A stretch of DNA of 64,000 nt from NCBI GenBank assembly GCA_012295275.1, contig CM022673.1, forward strand, positions 6,324,001 to 6,388,000, given 5' to 3'. The notes beneath the pieces were generated by a model, which saw nothing but the letters and a program-made list of their open reading frames with translations, was not told the origin of the DNA and did not search any database. A program made the translations under genes and the position numbers. The stretch's first letter is position 1. Every line of letters starts with the position of its first letter. Below, piece after piece: positions 28,342 through 42,837 of this stretch. The DNA is from Chrysomallon squamiferum. Lineage: Eukaryota; Animalia; Mollusca.

Positions 28342-29903
28342 GTATTTATTATTATTAGTTTTATTATTATTATTATATTTATTTTTATTAATTTTATCTA
28401 AAGCTTTAATAAATTAAAGAAAAAAAAAAAAAGAAGAAGAAACTGAACAAACCCAACAAAATTTTTAAACAATTAATTGAACTGACTAAACATTCTATAA
28501 ACTGAAGGACTGTTAAAGATGACATTTTTTACTTTGTACTGCTCGACTACAACAGCCAGTGCATCGTGTCCAGCTTTTCTAACTTCGTCAAGATCTCTGT
28601 CGTGTTTTGTTTGAACTTCTTCCAGTCGAGCTCGCTGTCTCTCCAGCAATTCCTGTGTCTGAGCTAATTCTTGCTGAAGTCTGGCATTCTCAGCTTCCAG
28701 ATTTTCTAAATCCTAAAATATAAATAAATATAGGAAACAGACAAAAAAACAAACAAACAAATAAAATAAAATATGAATAAATATATGAAACAAAGAAACA
28801 AACATACAAACAAATAAAATAAAATAAAATAAAATAAACTGATATTTATTATTTTATGCTTTTTCAAATTTTATTTCTTCATTGTTTTTGTAACATGCCA
28901 TTCAGAACATTTCACAGCAAAATATGTGAATTCTCAGCAATTTAAAACAAATCTTGATCATGATCATTACTGATGTAGCAAAGGCTTTTATATATAAAAG
29001 ATATCATGGAATGACAGCATTCAGCTACCTGTCCCTTTTTTAAAGATTTTTTTATCATCACCATTATACAGAAACTTGCATATCTGAATGAAATCATGAT
29101 TAATATTAAAATATCATGAGGAATTATCAAGCAAACCTAAATCTTCTCATGCATAAAACGAGTGGACCAGTAAATCTTTATTTACCTTCTTCATTCCACT
29201 ACTAACGTTTTCAGCAGCCTCTGGTAATTGTAAAACATCTTGTTCCGCAGAAACCGGCTGAGATTCATTAGCATCGACGTCATCGTCAACATGTTGTCTG
29301 CTCTCATCCGCAGCAGACGCAAGAGGTGCAGCTGGAGGTGGACCAGGATGGACAGTAACAGATTCATTTGGGACAATGTCCGAAACTGGCCAGTGGGGTT
29401 CTGGCATAGCGGCACCAAGACCCACTGTCCCAATGCCCAGATCAGGCAGCGGTGCTGCTCCAACTGCTGACTGACCGCTGGCTTGTGAACTTTGACCTCT
29501 AGGCGAGGCCAGTCTCAAGGGAATGCAGCGTGAAACATTTGGAGGATTTTCAGCTAACCCTGCAGGATCTGGAGGGAAACCATTCTTGAAAAATAAGAAA
29601 AATAATTTTACAATTGTTTAAAAATAAATAAATAAATATTAAATAAATAATACTTTTATTTATTTAAAATAACCTATAAATTAAATTTTCCAATGCACAG
29701 TTACATTCAATAATATATGAAGAATATAAAGTTTTTTTTATCAAATATTTTTAATTTTAAAATATTATTCAATGGTCTTCCTCTGTTTTCTAGCAGGTTA
29801 TACTGTAAAATTTGTGTAACTAAAATTTCAAGACACATATCCATATTAAAACCAAATCTTTAAGTATTTTTCAACCAGTTTTGTTTTCAAGATATTGTCA
29901 CAA

Positions 29904-29950
<47 letters not shown>

Positions 29951-29959
29951 TAATAATAA

Positions 29960-29994
<35 letters not shown>

Positions 29995-31288
29995 AAAAAA
30001 TAAAAATAATAAATAAATTATCAGGAATAAGTATTCATCTATGATGTTGCAGTATACACCTGTCTTGCATTTCGATCTTTAAAAGATATTTTACTATCTA
30101 TTCACATAATTACAAGACAAACTACATTTCATTATAAACATATCACATTATTTTTTACCTGTCTCAAGGTTTCATCGAGATGAAAATCTGCCTCAAACAA
30201 GGGAGGCTGATCCCTGCCTGCGTCCCCTCCTGCAATATCTGAGGGATCCAGACAAGGAGGAAATGCATTCTGAGCACAAAGGAGATCAGGTCTTAGTGAG
30301 CCCTGACCTACACCAAAACAAAATATTCATAATGTAACTATTTGTATAAGACTCATTTTTTTTTTTTTATTATTATTTATTTATTTTTTTTTTTTTTTTT
30401 TTATTTTTATTATTTTTTTTTATTATTTTTTATTTTTTTATTTTTTTTATTTTTTTTTTTTTATTATTATTTTGTTGCTGTATATATATATATATATATT
30501 TTTTTTTTTTTTAAATTCATTGTAAAAAGAAAAGTACTAATTTTTGTTGATGGAGAGACAAACATGAACATTTCATATAAATATAAACATTTGACACACA
30601 TATAAACATTTTTGATTAACATGACTTATAAACAGTTGATATAATATATATAAACATTTGACATAATTTAAAATAAATTTAAACATTTTTTATATAAATA
30701 TAAACACTAACATTTGATATATAAACACTAACATTTGAGATAAATATAAACACTAACATTTGATATACATATAAATATTTGATAGACATAAAAACATTTG
30801 ACAGATATAAAAGTTACCTGCTGTGTACACTGCCCACTGAGCACTGATGTTTTCTTGTTCAGCAGCACTCATAGGAATTGGTTCTGCAGCCTACAAATTT
30901 TATTTACTTAGAAATTACAGATAAAATCATTCCGTATGCAAGCAGATTTTGACATAAATACTGAAAAGGACAGTATAAAGTACATTTTCTTAAAATGCAT
31001 ACTTCGTGAAGATGAAGATGTTCTGTGTGTGTTTGTGTGTGCATTAATATTTTATTTATAATATTGTTTGTTTCTTTTAATATGTGATAATGTGTAATTT
31101 TATATATTTACAACAGATAAATGACTGTGTCTCTGTTCAAACAAATGTGTGTATATCTTTACCTCAAAACCACCAAAATCTCCAAAGTCACTATCATCCT
31201 CTTCATCAGCGCCAGCGTGAGGAACCTGAAGATTATTATTATTATTATTAAAACGTTACATTCTGTTATTTTACTACTCTTTTTTTTC

Positions 31289-31366
<78 letters not shown>

Positions 31367-31688
31367 AATTATAAATTAATGTTTTTATTGTTTTACCGAC
31401 ATAATTATGCCACGATCACGTAAATTTCCTATTTACACGTTATCGATAATTAAGTATTTTTAATAATGATATTAATATTATTGTATCATTATTAATGCAA
31501 TACAGGCTTGAATTTAATTTTGTTTAATAACTTCAGTCAATGAATCATTAAATAACTGAATCAATGAATGAATGATGAGTGAATAAATCAAAGATCATAT
31601 GATCATGATGAATCAGTTAGTCGAGTTAATTCATTTAGTTTTAACAAAATACCTGATCAGTATCATTAGGTGGCAGGTGGTTATCCAT
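24490..31688 (-). CDS. CCDC91: Coiled-coil domain-containing protein 91 (p56, GGA/AP-1 ear-binding), 544 aa
   Basis: 13 phase-consistent GT-AG exons: 31688-31653, 31225-31163, 30890-30818, 30307-30159, 29584-29186, 28712-28533, 28112-28005, 27351-27259, 26876-26808, 26295-26209, 26031-25942, 25587-25474, 24663-24490. Hallmark motifs DDSDFGDFGGFE|AAE, RKAGHDALAVVVEQYK and RQRHLSTLDLFLDSARRQI resemble human CCDC91 as recalled. Confidence 0.92.
27640..27810 (+). repeat. Degenerate interspersed repeat in a CCDC91 intron
   Basis: Motif similarity to 1140-1310. Confidence 0.3.
30570..30810. repeat. Degenerate ~20-25 bp AT-rich tandem repeat (intronic)
   Basis: Recurrent atataaaca(ctaaca)tttga units. 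Confidence 0.7.
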
Positions 31689-31933
31689 TAGCGATTTTTA
31701 TTTTCTTTGACAACAACCATTAAAATAACATTTCACATTTCATTTTACATCAGAACATCGAATACTGAAATTAATTCAAAACAATATTCTTCTGACATGG
31801 GCGCAGTCATTTGTGACGGTGCATTATGGGAAGTTTGCTCTAAGAGCGTATTCGATTTGATGCTCCAGGATTTTTGAAAAAAAAAAAAAAAAAAAAAAAG
31901 GGGGCGTACTCTGGAGCCAGTGGCGTTTTCCAT

Positions 31934-31936
<3 letters not shown>

Positions 31937-32015
<79 letters not shown>

Positions 32016-32030
32016 GAATGAGTGAGTGTT

Positions 32031-32120
<90 letters not shown>
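31937..32120. repeat. (GA)n and (TG)n microsatellites just upstream of CCDC91
   Basis: Directly visible; they coincide with the CpG-depletion boundary. Confidence 0.95.
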
Positions 32121-32123
<3 letters not shown>

Positions 32124-33800
32124 ATATGCCTCTGGCTGAACGAAGGTTTGTTGATGTGGAATATAAGTGTGTAGTTACCTGCGTATGAGAGAGAGCATGA
32201 GTGTGTATTAGCAACAGAATGTGTGTGTACATTATTTATGTATGTATGTATGTATGTATGTATGTATGTATGTATGTATATATATGTTTACATGTGTGTG
32301 TATGTGTCTGAGTGCGCGCACACACATGTACAATTATTCGTGCAGTCCTGATAAATTAATGATAATTTGGCTGAAGTCATTATAACATATACTTATATTA
32401 CTTCAGGAGCAAACCCAAAACAATTGAAGTTCCATGAACTTGCAATAACAGGTCACTCATTACTTAGTACTGTAGATCGCCACTCAGAGAAATTTATGAC
32501 TGGTGTTAAATATTTGTCAGCGTCTCAATGTGTTATCGAGTGTATCGCATACCATAATACCTCTTATATTCTATCTTGTGTAAAACTGATATAATTTAAT
32601 ATCTTTATCTCTCTCTTTCTTTCTCTCTTTGTCTGTCTCTCTCGCTCTTTCTCTCTCCCTGACTGTGTCTATCTCTATCTCTCTCTCTAATGTATGCGTT
32701 TGTGTGTATGTATGTAGGTATGTATGTATGTAATTTTCACAAACATACTCATGGATACGATAAAAAATGAATATGACTGACACGGGCTAGACCATTTTGA
32801 CAGAGACGGATTTTAACAATATTCATCACTATAAATTATGATCCAAAACGTTCATTGTTTCTTAGAGGTTATTTCATTCTGTTTCCCAAACACACATGTA
32901 TCAGATGCATTTATTACATTTCAGCTATAGAACATTTATTTCATCTTAATTATCTAGCAGCATTATTTATTTATTTATTTATTTATTATTAGTATTATTT
33001 ATTTATTTATTTGTATAGCTTATTTTATTATTATATTATTTTATTTTTAATCCGTTTTTTTTTTAATTCTTTTTTTTTTTTTTTTTCCTTTTTGTTTCCT
33101 TTTTTTTTATTATTTTTTTTTTATTTTTTTTTTTTTTTTTTTTTTCTCACCCTTAGAATTATTGCCCCTTGACGCAACACCAATTTCCTTTTACATTTAC
33201 GCTAACACGTGCTCTATCAGTTTGTCCGTGCCCTTTGACTGGTCCAGGGCCTTGTCAAGATGTTGACAGAAGAATAATGGAGATATTTTACGACCAATAC
33301 GCAGCAGTTAGTCACTTTAATTTGGCGACAATTGGGTTTGATTTTCACAACTCAGAGACGCAAGATGAACGTCAAATAAAGTTCAAACGCGCTATCTTGA
33401 TCGGTTGTCTAATTTTAGATGTATGGCTTTTTTTTCTTTCTTTTTTTTTTTTTTTTTCTTTCTTTCTTTCAGTGCCGGACTCCAGTTTATCACAGAATAT
33501 GTCTTAAATTTAAATGTGAACGAATACTTCAAAGCAAATCGTTTTGTTAACAGTTTGCGCGACTTCAGTAATCAAGATTACACTGTTATAGTTGTGATTT
33601 ATTTCGCAATTTTTTTTTTTTTTTTTTTACGAAGAACAATCTGTTTCAAGTTTTATTATTGTTATTATTTGAATAATTTTAATTTATAAAAACAAATTTT
33701 TATATAATGATTTTTTTTTTTTTTTTTTTTTTTTAATAATAATTTTCGTCAATACACGTCCTGAAATAGTCAGATGTTTTTCACACTGATCTATCCCTTA

Positions 33801-33892
<92 letters not shown>

Positions 33893-34679
33893 TATATTTC
33901 ACGCATATGTTCAAACATTCCTTTAATTACATTTTGGCATGTTTAATGTCTAAATTTAAGACATCAATTCTAGATCTAATCCGACATTATCTTCACACAA
34001 TTGAAGAGATTTTTGCAAACTGTCAAAACGTGTCGCTTGAACACGACAAGCCTCTACTTCAAATAGTAACAGACACGTGAAAACTGATTCCCGATATCGT
34101 AAATTACTCCTCTGAAAACTTATTACAATCGTCATTTCGACCATTTAATTCTTGACATTGTCTTAGGAACATCTAAGAGATTTACATACATACAAATATA
34201 ACAGTTTATTGTTTTACCTGTCATTCAAAGCTGCCAGAATTAGAATTATTATTCCCTTTTCCGGTCTTAATATTTCCAATAAAGCGTATTCGAGCGGTCA
34301 ATGACAGTTCTTGGGAGATTATCATATGACCAGTAACACTCCTGCAATCAACCAGTATCATGCAGAGATAAAATCCGGGGGGGGGACATTATTACCAAAA
34401 ACGTGTCTGGATGTGTCTCAGATGACGTCAGATTTCAGTTTAATTACTGCTCCCTGTGTGATTTATTTACTTACTGAAAATTTGATACGAGTTAAAGTTT
34501 TCTTGTTCCTTTAAGGTTTTAGTTCAGTGTTTCCAGTATGATTAGCAGTGACTATATCTGTTTAAAAAGAGGAGATTATATATATATGTCTGTGTTCTTA
34601 ACAAAAATAAAATAAATTAAAACAAATAAGATATGTAGAATAGCTAACAATGTATACACAATAAATTAAAGCAATTATT

Positions 34680-34817
34680 TTATACACACATACATACACA
34701 TACATACATACACATACATACATATACATACATACATACACATACATACATACATACATACATACACATACATACATATACATACATACATACACATACA
34801 TACATATACATACATAC

Positions 34818-34848
<31 letters not shown>

Positions 34849-35260
34849 CATACATACATACATACACATACATATACATACATACATACACATACATACA
34901 TACACATACATACACATACATACACATACATACACATACATACACATACATACATACATATACATACATATACATACATACACACACATACATACACATA
35001 CATACATATACATACATACATACATACATACATACACATACATACATATACATACATATACATACATACATAACTACATATATATATATACACACACATA
35101 TATACACACACACATACATACACATATACTCACACATATATATTTGTTTAGCAAATAATAAAAATACATACATACATACATATGCATATATGCACATAAA
35201 TACATTCATACATACACACATACACATGATATGCATAGAGGCAGACACACACACACACAC
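34680..35260. repeat. Long degenerate (CATA/CA)n simple repeat
   Basis: Directly visible; source of the MYVC-rich ORFs. Confidence 0.95.
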
Positions 35261-35961
35261 TGACAAAATATATTCATTCTCATTCTTCACACACAGTGTG
35301 ACCGACTTTCAAACAGTATCGCTTACAAAACAGACTAATGCATAAATGTATACAAGCGCCGCACACTCAACTTACATTTGAACACCAAAAAAAAAAAAAA
35401 AAAAAAAATACACTTACTTGTACAAGTAAAGTTTTATGACATCACTGCTCGAACCTGTACCTCTGTCCTGGATTAAAAGACAAGCAGGTCGAATCTGTAG
35501 AGTGTTTTTACATGACTTACGACTTATTGTTATGAAAACTTCTCCGCGACCCTGGAGACCCAAATACTCAAATTCCCTTGCTTTCAATACCAGTGTCTCC
35601 ATGAATTATGCGTGCACTTCATACAGGCCATGTTTTCAAGTGTTAAGTAATAACTGTCTTCGGGGTATGCAATAACTCTAATATATAACAGTTACTTATA
35701 ATATGATATTATCAACAGAACAGATAATTATAGTTCAGTGTCATGGGTCTCTGTCTAGGATGAATGATATATTGGGGTTTTTTACGCTACTTCAGTTTTT
35801 GTGTTTATAGAAAAAGCAAGGATAAATAATTATGGTTTTTGTCCGTTAGTATGATGCTTATTCGGACAATCCATGTGTTATGTTGTCGTTTAACATATAA
35901 ATTGTGATTTAGTAAAAACTATTGTAATTTTAATTTTTAATATATAATATTTTTGTTTTTA

Positions 35962-36072
<111 letters not shown>

Positions 36073-36236
36073 ATTTATTTGTTTGTTTATTTATTTTATT
36101 TATTTATTTATTTTATTTTATCTTATTTTATTTTGTATTTTTAAAATTATTTTTAAATGAATTCATTAATCAATTTTAATATATTGTTATATTTGTTTTA
36201 TTATTATTATTATATCTATTTGTTGTTGTTTGTTAT

Positions 36237-36279
<43 letters not shown>

Positions 36280-36456
36280 AAATATTTTATTTATTTTACG
36301 TTTTATTTAAATTTTTATTACATTTTTTTCATTCTTTTTTTCTCTTTTTTTTTTCTTCTTATTATTATTTTTTATTTATTTATTTTTTTTATTTTTTTTT
36401 ATTTTTTTTTTTTTTCGTCTTTGGCATCTTAGATCTTTCTTACCTGATAAAGCTAA

Positions 36457-36472
36457 ACCGGAAATGACGTCA
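36457..36472. promoter_or_regulatory. Overlapping ETS-CRE composite motif
   Basis: ccggaaatgacgtca differs by one base from the ETS-CRE motif CCGGAAGTGACGTCA. Confidence 0.35.
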
Positions 36473-37139
36473 CAAATGCAACAAACAAAGAAAAAAATTT
36501 CTCGCTGAAAACAGACATGATATATTAATCAAATTATTGCTGAAACAAGCTCAACTTTCGTAAAACTATTTATAAATCAGCATTCGGTAATTATTTGTCC
36601 TACGGGATGGGAGTTATTTCGTGGCAAGCGAATGTGTATGTTTTCTTAACGAATGTTTTTAGTTGTTTATTAAATTAAATATAAAGTGAAGCTGATCTTT
36701 ATTTTTGTCCATTTACTTAAGGTAAACGCGGAAGAGATGAAAGTATGAATATTTTTAAAATGGTAGCAATTAATTATGGTTTTATTAGCGGGAGGTGTTT
36801 GGGATTGTCGTTATTTTTACATTATTATTATTATTATTATTATATAAAACAAAAATTTTAAAATACTCAGACAAATGACAGATAGATAAATACAGCCAAA
36901 TAAACAAAGAAATGAATACATACAAGTGAACATACAGGCAGATCAATAAAGACATGTGAACAGACATACACAAGAAAAAGACTAATAAGAAAGGAAGTAC
37001 TGAAACAAATACAGAAAGAAAAGAAAAATACATTACCACCGTAAAAATGCAAATTAATTTTTCAAATCTTGTAACTCATACAAATCTTTATGTTAATTAT
37101 TTTATATTCCATGATAAAACTATTTACTACCTTCGTACT

Positions 37140-37498
37140 ATAAGGCACACCTCGCTATTTTTTTTCTATGGTTTCATGCTTTAATTCAATGGACATCATC
37201 CGCTTCTTCTTCTTAGCACTGTCCTTTGCACTCATTTTCTTAGGATCCACGGAAATTTGGAAAAATACTGCAGTAAACGCGAATACAGTACAACAGAGAT
37301 GCTTCCAGGTCCAGGTAACCACGTGAAGCAAACGAATGAGACGCGGGATGCTGGGCGGATGTTGTGTTGTTCGAGGCGCCAACTAGCGGCGGCAAATCTG
37401 AAGCTCGATCGTAACTTAGATTCTGGCTCGCAACTCAAAGCAAAAAAAAAAAAACGACTGCTCGTAACTCGGATAACACATAAGTCGAGGTACCACTG
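37140..37498 (-). mobile_element. pogo/Tigger-family DNA transposon 5' fragment
   Basis: Minus-strand end TA|cagtggtacctcgactta (Tigger-type TIR; TA at 37499-37500) with subterminal ctcg(t/c)aact repeats. Truncated CENP-B-type HTH start MDPKKMSAKDSAKKKKRMMSIELKHETIEKK*RGV (the ORF reads VDPKK). Confidence 0.8.
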
Positions 37499-38818
37499 TA
37501 TTTAGTTAAAACTTCCAATATTTTTTTTTTTACTAAAATAAGCCTAACTGATTAAATGCGAAGAAGATTTGAGTTATATTTTTTCTTGCCCACTGATGAT
37601 GTATAATAAAAAAAAAAAATCAATATTTCTGTAACATCATTAGAATCTGACTTGTTGCTTATTTATTATTAATAATTTTTATAACATATTTATCTTTTGT
37701 TTTGCTTTGATCATGTGATACGTGTCTTTGACAACAAGAATCGACAACAGTCACACACCATAGAATAATAGTTTGTTGTTTTTTGTTGTTTTTTTTGTTG
37801 TTGTTTTTTTTTTTTTCTCGGAATATGTTACAAACACTAGTGACAACATATGTACATATTCTGGAATGCAAATTCCATATCTTTTTTTTTTGCTGCTGGC
37901 CATTAAAATCGATACGTTCGTTCATTTAGGCACTTTAATTCTTATTAATCCGGTTCGTATACACCTCCAATTAATGTAATGGCATGGACATGTAATTTTC
38001 TATGATTAACCCGTTCAGATTATTACTGGAAATGACAGATCGTGTTGGCAGGATGCCAAGGTTGGCATTTCAACTGTTTGTTTCCGGTTTTGCGTATTAC
38101 AGCTAATGCACTCTTTATGCTATCCGAGTGCAATGGTAATTTGTTGCATGAGATTTTATTTAAAGGTGCACGCTCTGATTTTTATTCATTTACTAATAAA
38201 TTCTTCTTTTTCTTCTAAATAATCATCTTCGACTTCATTTTCATCATCAGTATGGTTTTTCTTCTTCTTTTCATTGTGATCATCACCTTCCACTTATTAT
38301 TAATCATCCTCTTCATTTTTCCGTCGCCATCATCTTCATCATCATCATCATACCAGTGATTGTATTGGATTTAACTCTAAACCATAAATCTTAATTTTTT
38401 GGATAAATCGTTTGAATAACATAAAAAAAAAAAAGTTCGTTGATTAGGTTTAAAACCATTAAACTGACCTTTATTTCCAACTAACCTATTAACTCACTAA
38501 CAACAGTAATTTATTCAGTGGACAAACGTGGATGCTACCACAACATCAGCAACAGTTTATTATTAAAATAAATTATTAACACATCCGAACAGTCACTAAT
38601 TTCAATTAACACGCACACAAAAAGATAAATTATCCATGCATAGTTACATTTATAAATACATATATAAATATACGTATATTACAGATGAAAGCAAGCGTAC
38701 ATACATTGCATACACACACAAACAAAAACGCGCGCGCAACATCATATATATTACATATCTAGATATATACATATATACCTAGATATATACATACATTCAT
38801 ACATACATACATACTTAC

Positions 38819-38849
<31 letters not shown>

Positions 38850-39019
38850 CATACATACATACATACATACATACGTACATACATACAAAGACACCTGCGT
38901 GCGCGCACACACACGAGCATTACTTATATACAAATACTTGTGAACATACAAAAAAACTGAACAATCATACACAAACTACCAATGACATTCGAAACGTGAA
39001 ACAGGTCTTCACTTGCGTG

Positions 39020-39400
39020 AACACTAATAAGAAAATTGATGGATAAACTCCATTACGCGCGCTATTATCCGCCAGCGAACGGCAAGGAAAGAAAATGGCG
39101 CCACGTCACAAAAATTATCAATTTCATTTACTAACCAAACAAGCCGTATCGCGTCCAATTATCCAATTAGCGTAATTAGGAAAAGTGTTAGTCTAGAGCC
39201 CCGTAACCAGTCAATTAATCTCGGTTCGTTTTATCGATGACGGCCGAACGCCACCTGAACTACGGTCTACCCGTCAATTATTATTTCTCTAATTAGTCAA
39301 CGCACACGTATTGGCGGATTCTCTTTCTGATATCGGGTGAATTAATGATCGATCGCTTTCGGCATGGTCATGTAATTTCCGTCTAATGATTGTTTAAAAA
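39020..39400. promoter_or_regulatory. Candidate enhancer upstream of the homeobox gene
   Basis: CpG-rich, with a dense cluster of TAAT/ATTA cores (ccaattatccaattagcgtaattagg, tcaattaatc, ctaattag, gaattaatg) and YY1-like aaaatggcg. Confidence 0.45.
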
Positions 39401-39866
39401 ATAATGGATGTCAGAGGTTTTTTTTTTTTATGTTGTTGTTTTTTTGTTTTTTTTGCTGCTGTTTTTTTTTTTTCAAAAAAAAATTAATATTATAATTCAA
39501 TTAAACTCGCGGTAAAAATTACTGGCAGACGACATTGGTAAAATTTCGCTTTGATCAGACGGAGCCGGGGAAGGAAAGTATTGGTCAGGTAAGAGGCACA
39601 TACGTATCTTGTACAGTGGTTTATTGGTCTTTGTGTTATCGCGAGCAAACAAATCGGGGGATATAGCGTCCTGATCGAGATTGTGTTTTCGGAAATTAAG
39701 ACGAACGAGCGACATGAAACGTGCATCTTCGCTGGCGAGGGTTCCTGAGCCGAAGGAAGTGTGACTGTCCGAAAATTACCGAACTGTAACCGTCGTTCGT
39801 TTTCGTTGCAAGGTAGATTCTTAAATGTAGTATGACTTGAATTACTATTATTATTATTATTATTAT

Positions 39867-39904
<38 letters not shown>

Positions 39905-39915
39905 ATAGTAATAGC

Positions 39916-39952
<37 letters not shown>

Positions 39953-39972
39953 TCTTGCAGATCTGCAAATTA

Positions 39973-40011
<39 letters not shown>

Positions 40012-41051
40012 ATATATATATGGGATTAATTTAGTGGTACTGTGTTTAAACATGCCAAATTTTGTTTATAGGGGCTAAATGAAAAAGTACGCATTTAATT
40101 ATTTATCCTTTGTATTATTTCAAATACAGTCTTTCACATCCTTATTCCTGATGATTCTGTGTGCCAGTCAGTGATCAAAATTACTTATGTTAAGGGACGC
40201 ACGTAATATTTTAATTTTAGTTTCACTGTATTTAAAAAGATGTCTAATTTTGTTTATCATGAATGTACTTTTGAATCAAAATACGAAAGTAATCAATTAT
40301 TGTTTGTAATATTTCTAATGTATATATTTCAGATTTATTATTATAGCGATACAGTGTCCAAGCAATGCACATTATTACTTATATTTAAAGATGCGTGTAC
40401 AAGTAAATTAGCTAGCATTGTGTTTAAAAAATATACGAAACTTTTGCTTTATATAGACCGAAATTTCAAACAAAAAGGAAGAAAGAAATTAATCTAATAA
40501 GCGTTACGTTTACAATAATATCACATTTATATGCAGACCACAATTTAGAACAAAAAATTCTGAAGATAATTAAGTATCTTATTATTATATTGTATCATTA
40601 TACTTAAAAAGATACCAAATTTGGGGCCTAAATGTATTACAAAAAGTACAAAAGTAATTAATTCTGTAACTTGTTTCACATTTCAGACATATCGGTGATA
40701 TACATATGGCGATACATTGTCCATACAAATGATGCGTTTCCTGCAAGATAATTGGTTGAAGTGCGAGTGATTCAGTGAAATCCAACACAGGAAGGATGAG
40801 GCTCTAGTATCTGTGTTAATAACGTACACACAACGTTCAAAGCAAATTCTTCCAAATATTTAACTTCGCAAAACAATTATGTTCTATTTCCAAAAATTCT
40901 ATTACGAACTGTACAGTCTGAGATAACCATTCACCTCTTAAGACTTTGAAATCATCATCATCATCGCTCACGAAGAAAAAGTTTCGACAGAAATAAAAGA
41001 AAATTTTCGTATCTATATCCGACTGCTCGAATAATTTACAAGTTTCAAAAT

Positions 41052-42428
41052 ATGGATCTATCCATTTCAAAATCTGTTCATCTCTGCTGCGGGAAACCGG
41101 CCTCGTTTAAACATTCTATCGACAGCATTCTTAAATGTCAACGAAGTGGCGCCAGAGAAACAGGCGGAACAGATTCGGAGATCTGTGATAAAAACGAAGA
41201 TAACCAGTGTAGCGAGACTGACTACCGTCGGTTCAGTCGTCAGGCTGTTTGTGATGGTTTTTACGTCACTGACGTTCCAACAGGTAACCGGTATTGTTTA
41301 CTCTCTCTTCTTGGAGAAAATCTATTTTATCAGCCTTGTTTTTTTTGTTTGTTTTTTTTCAATTTCTAGCCGTAGCTAAAGCTAAAGCCTTGCATTCAAA
41401 TAATTATTGACATAAAATTTGGTTTCAATTTATTTCATTTTTGAAATTTATTTTTAAAAATTTATTTTTGAAATTTATTTTTAAAAATGTATTAAGTAAA
41501 AATTTATTTAATTATTTACTTACTCACTCACTCACTCACTCTATTACTCACTTATTTATTTATTTATTTATTTTTTTATTTTTTTTATTTATTGCTGCCT
41601 TTCTCTTGTATCTCTGAAATGTAATTTATAATAAATGAAAAAGCTATATCTGTAACTGCATCTTATCATATTTATAATTTAGTCTAGGATTTTCTTAATG
41701 GAAAATGGATAATTAAATCACAATACACATAGTTCAAATTATTGTGCTTAATGAGAATGTGATGATGATGTTTATTCTTTTGTTTTCAAAGTTTTTAATA
41801 TATTTAACAATAACACCAAAATTATTATTCATTTCTATCTCATTTAACTTTCCGTTAAGTTTTAATTTTAAAAATACTTCTATTCACTAATTTAAAACTG
41901 TTCTCTCTAATCCATTATCACATTATTTTATTTTTTTTTTTTTTTTTTTATTTTATTAAGTTTAGAACTTGAGACTTGCAATCGCATTTAGTCATCGCAA
42001 AGCCTAAGCATAGGAAGTCGACCGATTAGGACCTGTTTATTAAATATTATATCAAAATTAAAAATATTTAACCATCTATCTGCACAGACAGGATTTGTCC
42101 ACTTTCAGACTGTGAGGCCGTGTTCAGCATCTGCATAGCGCGCGTGTCTAAATTCGGACCTGAAATTTTAAGCCTTTGACGAAAAGCACTTGAATCTTCA
42201 ATTGGTTGATGACGCCAGCTCAATACTCAGATGGAGTTTTGCGAATGTGTAATTAAGAGATGTTTTCCCAAACGTTTTGAATTACTCTTTAATCATTAGT
42301 GCGCTATTGTTATAAAGTGTGCTGAAAATTAACACACAAAGAACACTCCCTTCCGGAATTCCAAAGACAAAAACAAAAAAATCCTGATTTTTATTTTTTA
42401 TTTTTATTTTTTTGTCATTTTTCTATTA

Positions 42429-42483
<55 letters not shown>

Positions 42484-42802
42484 TTGTTTTATATGTCATT
42501 GTCATTTTTATTTGTTTTTGTTCATCATCATTATCACGTAGCATATTTATGTAGAAAAGTTATGACGGCATAAATATATTCATATTGAATAATAATATAA
42601 CTTAATGAATTCTGGAAGTTTGCATCTGACCGTATTTTAAAAACAAAACAAAAATAAATTAAAAAAATATATATATATATATATATATTTTTAATTTTTT
42701 TAATTTTTTTTAATTTTAATTGTTTTAATTTTTAATGTTTTTTTTTTTTTTATTTTATTTTTTTTTCATGTTATTTTATTATTATTATCATTTTTTTTTA
42801 TT

Positions 42803-42837
<35 letters not shown>

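Noticed and set aside
31745-31933. 62-aa ORF as the CCDC91 start
   Set aside because: It crosses a poly-T run and stops before the exon; the ATG at 31688 gives the phase-correct first exon.
34598-35290. 230-aa MYVC-rich ORF and overlapping ORFs
   Set aside because: Translation of a (CATA/CA)n simple repeat.
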